24,000 bases of DNA from Prochlorococcus sp. AG-402-G10 (GTDB taxonomy: Bacteria > Cyanobacteriota > Cyanobacteriia > PCC-6307 > Cyanobiaceae): NCBI GenBank assembly GCA_003279445.1, contig QCHT01000004.1:12870-36869 (forward strand), given 5' to 3'. The notes below the pieces were generated by a model. The model did not search any database. It had not been told where the DNA came from and worked only from the letters and a program-made list of their open reading frames with translations. Position numbers and translations under genes: made by a program. Every line of letters starts with the position of its first letter. Within the stretch, counting starts at the first letter, position 1. This document shows positions 17,944-24,000 of the stretch, piece after piece.

Positions 17944-19212
17944 TTAACTTGGCTTTGTTCTTTTGTATTTTTTTAGTTCGACCTTTCTAAGTCTCTTTAA
18001 CTCTTGACCTAAAGCTGGCCCTTGGTCCCAGCCTTTTTTTATAAGTTCTTCAGCGGTTGTTTCTGCTTGTATGAGACGCCACCGTCCCCACCATCTTAAT
18101 AATGGTCTCCAAAGAGGATTTCCTAAGCAGATAGCAATAGCTATTGCTGTTGGATCCCAGTTTGCAGATTCAATCTCCTCACACCATCTTTGGGCATCCC
18201 AATTCTCTGTTTTTTTTGAAACATAGAGTGAAAGAAAATGTTTATTTATTTGAGTGCTTTCACTTAACAACTTTTGCTGTGAATGTGATAAATCTAATCT
18301 TTCTGCAAGTTTAACTGGGTTGATAGAATTGGCAATAAAAGCTGTCAATGGATTGAGACCTAATCGCAACCCCCAACTGATCCTCCTCTTCCAGTAATTG
18401 TCATTCTGAATCTTTTTATCTATTAATATTAAAGCCCCCCATTCTTGAAGGTATTGAATTGCTATTGCCCAATTATTTTCTTTCTCTAGTAAGACTTTTA
18501 GTTCCATTTTTAGCCTAGTACAAAGAGAGCTAGGTAAATCCTTATACTTATCATCTATTGCGTGATTCCAAGGCCATAATCTTATTGTTGATTTTATTTG
18601 ATTTAGTGATTCTGAAGTTAAGTCAAATCCTAATCTTGCGGCATAACGTGCTGCTCTAATAACTCGTGTTGGATCCTCTGCAACACTTTTAGAGTGAATA
18701 AATTCTATTTTTCGATTGATAATTGCTTCTCTTCCCTGTAAATAATCTATCAGTTGATTTGTCCGTAGATCTAAGGCTATTGCATTTATTGTGAAATCAC
18801 GTCTGGATAAGTCATCTTCAATATGAGAAGGCTTTATCTTTGGGTTTGCAGCAAGAATTGGATATTTTTCTATTCTTGCTCTAGCAATATCTACAGGAAT
18901 GCCATCGATCTTTAATTCAACAGTTTGATAGAGATGATTGACTCTGGATATCTTGACTCTGGAATCTCCTAAAAGATTACTTATACTTTCAGCTAGTTTT
19001 TTTGGCTCTTCTTCAATTATTAGGTCAATATCGAAGAACTTCTTTGGTGATTGGTTAAGACTTTTATTGATTAGTTGATCTCTGATAATGCCACCTACAA
19101 CGGCAATTCTTTTAATTTCTGCTTGATCTGCAGCTTTAACCAAGTTCTTTAAAAGAGCTTCGGTTAAAACAGGAAAACAATTTAGCAACTCCCGATTGAC
19201 CGGGGTGAGCAT
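17944..19212 (-). CDS. tRNA nucleotidyltransferase (CCA-adding) / poly(A) polymerase family protein
   Basis: 422-aa ORF with class II nucleotidyltransferase head motifs GGIIRD, DIDL and RRDFTINA, plus RVIRAARYAARLGF. Confidence 0.88.
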   Translation of the reverse strand: MLTPVNRELLNCFPVLTEALLKNLVKAADQAEIKRIAVVGGIIRDQLINKSLNQSPKKFFDIDLIIEEEPKKLAESISNLLGDSRVKISRVNHLYQTVELKIDGIPVDIARARIEKYPILAANPKIKPSHIEDDLSRRDFTINAIALDLRTNQLIDYLQGREAIINRKIEFIHSKSVAEDPTRVIRAARYAARLGFDLTSESLNQIKSTIRLWPWNHAIDDKYKDLPSSLCTRLKMELKVLLEKENNWAIAIQYLQEWGALILIDKKIQNDNYWKRRISWGLRLGLNPLTAFIANSINPVKLAERLDLSHSQQKLLSESTQINKHFLSLYVSKKTENWDAQRWCEEIESANWDPTAIAIAICLGNPLWRPLLRWWGRWRLIQAETTAEELIKKGWDQGPALGQELKRLRKVELKKYKRTKPS

Positions 19213-19261
19213 GGCTATAAAAAGAATTTTTTCTCTTTTCTAATACTAATTGGTTTAGCTT

Positions 19262-21688
19262 TTAAATATCTTCTATTGGCTGTATTGGTGCTAAACGTGG
19301 GTCCAAAATCTTTGGACTCATTCCCCCAAACTTAACTGCGATAGATATTTTTTGGCCACTCCCAAAAATGTGGCTGATTTGTCCTTCCCCAAAGCTGGAA
19401 TGGATAACTCGATCACCTACAGCCCACTGCTTGTTTGGAGAAGGACCAGCATTTAATTTTCTTATGGCATTACTGGGACTTTGTTGAGTCTTTCTAGAAG
19501 AATTTGGGAAACTTGAAGGTCGATCTAATCGAGTCAATCGATCTAAGTGTCTTTCTCTTCTTATAGCTGTCCCCCCAGATAAGGGTAAGTCTCCTTCCAT
19601 TAATTCAGGAGGAATTTCAGAAATAAATATTGATGCAATAGCAGGTTCTCTGATGCCACCCCATAATCTTCTTTCATTTGCATGAAAAAGGAATAATTTT
19701 TCTTTAGCTCTTGTTAGACCTACATAGCAGAGTCTTCTTTCTTCTTCTAAAGATGCTGGATCATCAAGAGAGCGATAACTTGGGAATAGACCTTGCTCCA
19801 TGCCAACTAGACAAACTATTGGAAACTCAAGCCCTTTACTGCTATGTAAGGTCATCAGAGTTATTCGATCTAGAGCGTTGTCTTTATTGTCAGCATCGCT
19901 TGCAAGAGCAGCTGATGCTAGGAATCCTTCCAAGTCAGCTGATTCATTCTCTTCTTGATATTGGAGTGCAGCATTTACTAATTCTTGAAGGTTCCTGCGT
20001 CGTTCTTCTGCTTCATCAGTAGCAGTGGCAATGAGTTCTTTAAGATATCCAGTATTTTCTAAGACTAATTGAATGATTTCAGATGGATTTGAGACATTTA
20101 GTTGAGCTTGTAAGCTTTGGATGATTTCTCTAAATTCCAACAACCCTTTTGCAGATCTCCCACCTAGAGATCGAATTGCTTCTGGATCAGTCACTATTTC
20201 CCATAAGGGTATACCTAACTGACTGGCTGCTTGAGTGAAATTCTGAACAGTTTTTTTACCAATACCTCTCTTTGGGACATTGAGAACTCTTAGAAGACTG
20301 ACACTATCTGATGGATTAATTAATAACTTTAAGTATGCTAAAACATCTTTTATCTCTCTTCTGTCATAGAACCTTAAGCCACCAACAACTACATATGGTA
20401 TGTTCCAACGAACTAGAGATTCTTCTATAACTCTTGACTGAGCATTAGTTCTATATAAAACTGCAATATCTCCCCATTTTAAACTTCTATCTCCTGCTGC
20501 AATAATCCTTAGCCTATGTACTAATGCTTCTGCTTCTGCAATCTCATCGTCGCATCTTGTTAGCTTGATTAAATCACCATTACTACGAGTTGCTTTTAAA
20601 ACCTTATCTATTCTTTCTTTGTTGTTAGATATAAGTCTATTTGCTGCCTCTAATATATTTGAAGTTGAACGATAATTCTCTTCAAGCTTAACAATATTTG
20701 AAGTATTTGTTTTTTCTATTTTACTACTAAAGTCTTCTTGAAAACCCATTAAAATTCTAAAGTCAGCTGCTCTAAAGCTATAGATACTTTGATCTGCATC
20801 ACCAACTACAAAAACCGAACGGTCTTTCCATTTTTTGAAAAGAGATGGTTTCTCTCCATTTGTTACTAATAATTTAATTAATTCATATTGAGTCCAATTC
20901 GTATCCTGATATTCATCAACAAGTAAATGTTTAAACCTATTATGCCAGTAGTTTCTTGTATCTTCATTTTGTTTAAGAAGTTGAACAGGTAATAAAAGCA
21001 GGTCATCGAAATCAAGAGCATTATTTGCTGCTAGTGCTTTTCTATAAATTCTATAGGCCTGAGCAGTTAACTTTCCTCTTTTTCCATCAGCTTCTGCCTC
21101 TAATGTATCAGGCATAATCCCTTTGTTTTTTGCATTACTTATTGCCCAACGAATCTTTTTAGGCTCAACTCTTTTGGGATCAAGCTGTAAATCTTGAGTA
21201 ACGATTTCTTTTATTAAACTTTGGGCATCTGTTTCATCATATATAGAGAAATGCTTAGTCCAACTTAAACCTTCTTTGTCAATATACTTTTCAATATCAA
21301 AACGAAGTAAACGAGCAAATAATGCATGGAATGTACCTATCCAAAGATCCTTCGTTACTTCTCTCTTAATACGAGCACGAAGTTCATTTTGCACAGATAA
21401 ATGTAATGTACTTAGTGGTTGCCCTAAATCACTCTCTGCTAGTTTTTTAGCTAGTAGAATTTCAAGCCTATCTTTCATTTCTCTAGCTGCTTTATTTGTA
21501 AAAGTTACGGCAAGAATTTCGGCAGGATCTACTTTGAAGTCTGAAATTAAATGAGCTATTCTATGGGTTAAAGCTTTTGTCTTACCACTACCTGCACCTG
21601 CAACAACTAGAAGTGGACCTTCATAATGATCAACCGCTTTTGATTGATCTTGGTTGAGGCCAAGAAGGAATGTGCTTTTATTAATCAT
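19262..21688 (-). CDS. pcrA: ATP-dependent DNA helicase, UvrD/PcrA (SF1A)
   Basis: 808-aa ORF with Walker A AGAGSGKT, motif II VDEYQDTN, TLHSSKGLEF and YVGLTRAKEKL, plus a C-terminal Tudor-like tail (WAVGDRVIHSSFGEGQI). Confidence 0.95.
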   Translation of the reverse strand: MINKSTFLLGLNQDQSKAVDHYEGPLLVVAGAGSGKTKALTHRIAHLISDFKVDPAEILAVTFTNKAAREMKDRLEILLAKKLAESDLGQPLSTLHLSVQNELRARIKREVTKDLWIGTFHALFARLLRFDIEKYIDKEGLSWTKHFSIYDETDAQSLIKEIVTQDLQLDPKRVEPKKIRWAISNAKNKGIMPDTLEAEADGKRGKLTAQAYRIYRKALAANNALDFDDLLLLPVQLLKQNEDTRNYWHNRFKHLLVDEYQDTNWTQYELIKLLVTNGEKPSLFKKWKDRSVFVVGDADQSIYSFRAADFRILMGFQEDFSSKIEKTNTSNIVKLEENYRSTSNILEAANRLISNNKERIDKVLKATRSNGDLIKLTRCDDEIAEAEALVHRLRIIAAGDRSLKWGDIAVLYRTNAQSRVIEESLVRWNIPYVVVGGLRFYDRREIKDVLAYLKLLINPSDSVSLLRVLNVPKRGIGKKTVQNFTQAASQLGIPLWEIVTDPEAIRSLGGRSAKGLLEFREIIQSLQAQLNVSNPSEIIQLVLENTGYLKELIATATDEAEERRRNLQELVNAALQYQEENESADLEGFLASAALASDADNKDNALDRITLMTLHSSKGLEFPIVCLVGMEQGLFPSYRSLDDPASLEEERRLCYVGLTRAKEKLFLFHANERRLWGGIREPAIASIFISEIPPELMEGDLPLSGGTAIRRERHLDRLTRLDRPSSFPNSSRKTQQSPSNAIRKLNAGPSPNKQWAVGDRVIHSSFGEGQISHIFGSGQKISIAVKFGGMSPKILDPRLAPIQPIEDI

Positions 21689-21752
21689 AGTATTGATATA
21701 AACCTAGTTATATATGCATAGTTAAGTATCTGACAGTGCTTTGTAAAATCAA

Positions 21753-21986
21753 TTATACAGTATTCTCATTTGAGAGCTGATTCATTTGATCATCAAGCTT
21801 CTTAAGTATTTTATCTATATTTTTAAGCTCGATATTTTCTGTTAAATTCACTGCAATTGTCGACTGGGATATTCGAAGTTTTTGAGACATAGTGACAATC
21901 TCTTCCTTCAACCGATCTCGATAAGTTTTCAATAGCTCTATAGAGTCAGTGAGTTCCTTTGAAGTAGCTTGCAAGATCATAGACAT
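21753..21986 (-). CDS. Hypothetical small protein (77 aa), predicted all-helical or coiled-coil
   Basis: An ATG-initiated ORF that occupies an otherwise empty gap between pcrA and cpeB, divergent from cpeB. It has a heptad-like charged/hydrophobic pattern (LLKTYRDRLKEEIVTMSQKL; IDKILKKLDDQMNQL). I recognise no family motif, so coding status rests on position and composition. Confidence 0.5.
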   Translation of the reverse strand: MSMILQATSKELTDSIELLKTYRDRLKEEIVTMSQKLRISQSTIAVNLTENIELKNIDKILKKLDDQMNQLSNENTV

Positions 21987-22778
<792 letters not shown>

Positions 22779-22826
22779 GGAAAATTTTATGAACAACTTT
22801 AATTTCCTATTCAAGAGTTAATACAA

Positions 22827-23294
22827 ATGAAATCAGCAGTTACTACAGTAATTTCTTCAGCAGATGCTTCAGCAAGGTTCCCTACTCTTAGTGATATTGA
22901 ATCGGTAAAGGGCTCTTTTGATAGAGCTGCCTCAAGATTAGAAGCAGCGGAAAAACTTGCTATTCATATAGATAGATTCACATCTGAATCCTTGGATTAT
23001 GTTTATGGAACACAGTCTTATGATCAAGCTAATAAAGATAAATGTGCTAGAGATATTAATCATTATTTGAGATTAATTAACTATTGCCTAGTAACTGGTG
23101 GCACTGGTCCTCTTGATGAATGGGGAATAGCTGGAATGCGTGAAGTTATTAGGGCTCACCAGCTCCCTACTGCTGCATATATAGAAGCATTGACATATAT
23201 TAGAGATAAAGTAAATATTCCTGGAGATATGAATCAGCAGGCTGCAGCTGAGTTTAAAACCTTGCTTGATTATTTGATAAATGCCTTAGCTTAA
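22827..23294 (+). CDS. cpeA: Phycoerythrin (Prochlorococcus type III) alpha subunit, shortened form
   Basis: 155-aa ORF MKSAVTTVISSADASARFP... with one canonical attachment site (KDKCARDINHY, Cys73). It is shorter than classical ~164-aa alpha-PE and has no second attachment Cys in the C-terminal third. It lies 48 nt downstream of cpeB. Confidence 0.95.
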   Translation: MKSAVTTVISSADASARFPTLSDIESVKGSFDRAASRLEAAEKLAIHIDRFTSESLDYVYGTQSYDQANKDKCARDINHYLRLINYCLVTGGTGPLDEWGIAGMREVIRAHQLPTAAYIEALTYIRDKVNIPGDMNQQAAAEFKTLLDYLINALA

Positions 23295-23319
23295 TAGATA
23301 ATCTAAAGTCTCTCTATAA

Positions 23320-23925
23320 ATGCCTCCGAAGGAAAATATACCCACAATAGAAGATATCTTTTCTGATTTTGATCATCCTAACCCTTATATAAATAGACTT
23401 GCAGCTATCAATATGAGAGAGTACTGGCCTGAGGAATCTATAGAAATATTAACGAGAAATTTAGATAGTAATAATATTGAACTTAGAAGAAAATCAGTTA
23501 AAGCTCTTGGCTCTTTTGGTAAAAGTATTGTTAAGGATATAATTAAAATGTATATCTCTAGTGAGGAGAAGATACTAAAAGTAAGCTGTTTGAAAGTTCT
23601 TGTTATAGTTTCATCTAGCCATAGCCTTGATGATTTTGAATCAGAAATAAAAACATTAATAGAGTCAGCAGTTAATGATCAATCTGTTGAGATTATTCTC
23701 ACTATAATCTCTTTCCTACGACAAAATGGTGAAAAGACACTTCCATATTTGAAATGCTTGTGTCGTGATGAAAATGTTCTAAAGGCTAAGGCTGCAGTTA
23801 CAGCTATATCTGAGATTAATGAAAGATCTGTAGGCCCTTTTCTTCAATCAATAGTTAATGATAGTTCGTTAGATGAAATGGTTAGAGAAAGTGCTTTTCA
23901 GGCTCAGAATTTGCAAGTTAATTAA
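23320..23925 (+). CDS. cpeZ: HEAT-repeat phycoerythrin lyase-family protein (CpeZ-like, E/F-type)
   Basis: 201-aa ORF with repeated PBS-lyase HEAT-like units (IELRRKSVKALGSFG; LKAKAAVTAISEI; MVRESAFQAQ). Its position directly after cpeBA matches the low-light Prochlorococcus PE cluster. Confidence 0.8.
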   Translation: MPPKENIPTIEDIFSDFDHPNPYINRLAAINMREYWPEESIEILTRNLDSNNIELRRKSVKALGSFGKSIVKDIIKMYISSEEKILKVSCLKVLVIVSSSHSLDDFESEIKTLIESAVNDQSVEIILTIISFLRQNGEKTLPYLKCLCRDENVLKAKAAVTAISEINERSVGPFLQSIVNDSSLDEMVRESAFQAQNLQVN

Positions 23926-24000
23926 TATAAAGATATAAATAAATATTAGGTATCGATTTTACTTAAGCTTAAATTTATAATATTAATTACTTCTAGATCT

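Noticed and set aside
260-21554. Many 60-120-aa ORFs in the track lie antisense to, or out of frame within, well-supported genes. They are 260-472, 764-979, 2202-2435, 2558-2788, 3305-3571, 4488-4721, 5658-5882, 7133-7339, 7892-8257, 8455-8811, 8992-9345, 9328-9543, 10083-10310, 11737-12027, 12590-12847, 13378-13569, 16372-16632, 19711-20022 and 21276-21554.
   Set aside because: Each is fully or largely nested in a gene with clear family motifs on the other strand or frame. Their translations are low-complexity or Ser/Leu/Ile/Lys-rich with no recognisable motifs. Several start at non-ATG codons. This is the expected shadow-ORF background in AT-rich DNA.

Overview
The window is an AT-rich, very gene-dense stretch of cyanobacterial core chromosome. 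By gene content and order it is a low-light-adapted Prochlorococcus marinus, SS120/MIT9211-like. That assignment comes from recall of protein families and synteny, because no database search was possible.

Gene order, left to right:
- A carotenoid-cleavage oxygenase with its 3' end cut by the window edge, then hisB and fabI.
- A thioredoxin-fold CxxC protein, a DegT-type aminotransferase, a NUDIX hydrolase, folK and chlD.
- An MlaF/MlaD-like (TGD3/TGD2-like) ABC pair and a membrane-anchored YvcK/CofD-like protein.
- ndhC-ndhK-ndhJ.
- The photosystem II assembly and structural cluster rubA-ycf48-psbE-psbF-psbL-psbJ. psbF and psbL are absent from the ORF track and were found by hand translation.
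- mtnP, a flavoprotein::SelD fusion, a CCA-adding/poly(A) polymerase family enzyme and pcrA/uvrD.
- A small coiled-coil ORF, then the start of the Prochlorococcus type-III phycoerythrin cluster (cpeB-cpeA-cpeZ).

I see no tRNA or rRNA genes, CRISPR arrays, transposases, integrases, phage genes or recognisable defence genes, and no pseudogenes or frameshifts. I do not find a convincing undescribed multi-gene system here; the region looks like conserved housekeeping and photosynthesis synteny.

The points worth a second look are modest:
- the flavoprotein::SelD fusion, whose 5' end overlaps mtnP head to head;
- a repeat-containing N-terminal extension on PsbJ;
- non-ATG starts for rubA and the YvcK-like gene;
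- a long cpeB upstream region with a tandem octamer and a strong Shine-Dalgarno sequence plus a 6-codon mini-ORF;
- a 77-aa orphan ORF divergent from cpeB;
- several convergent gene junctions with no room for terminators.
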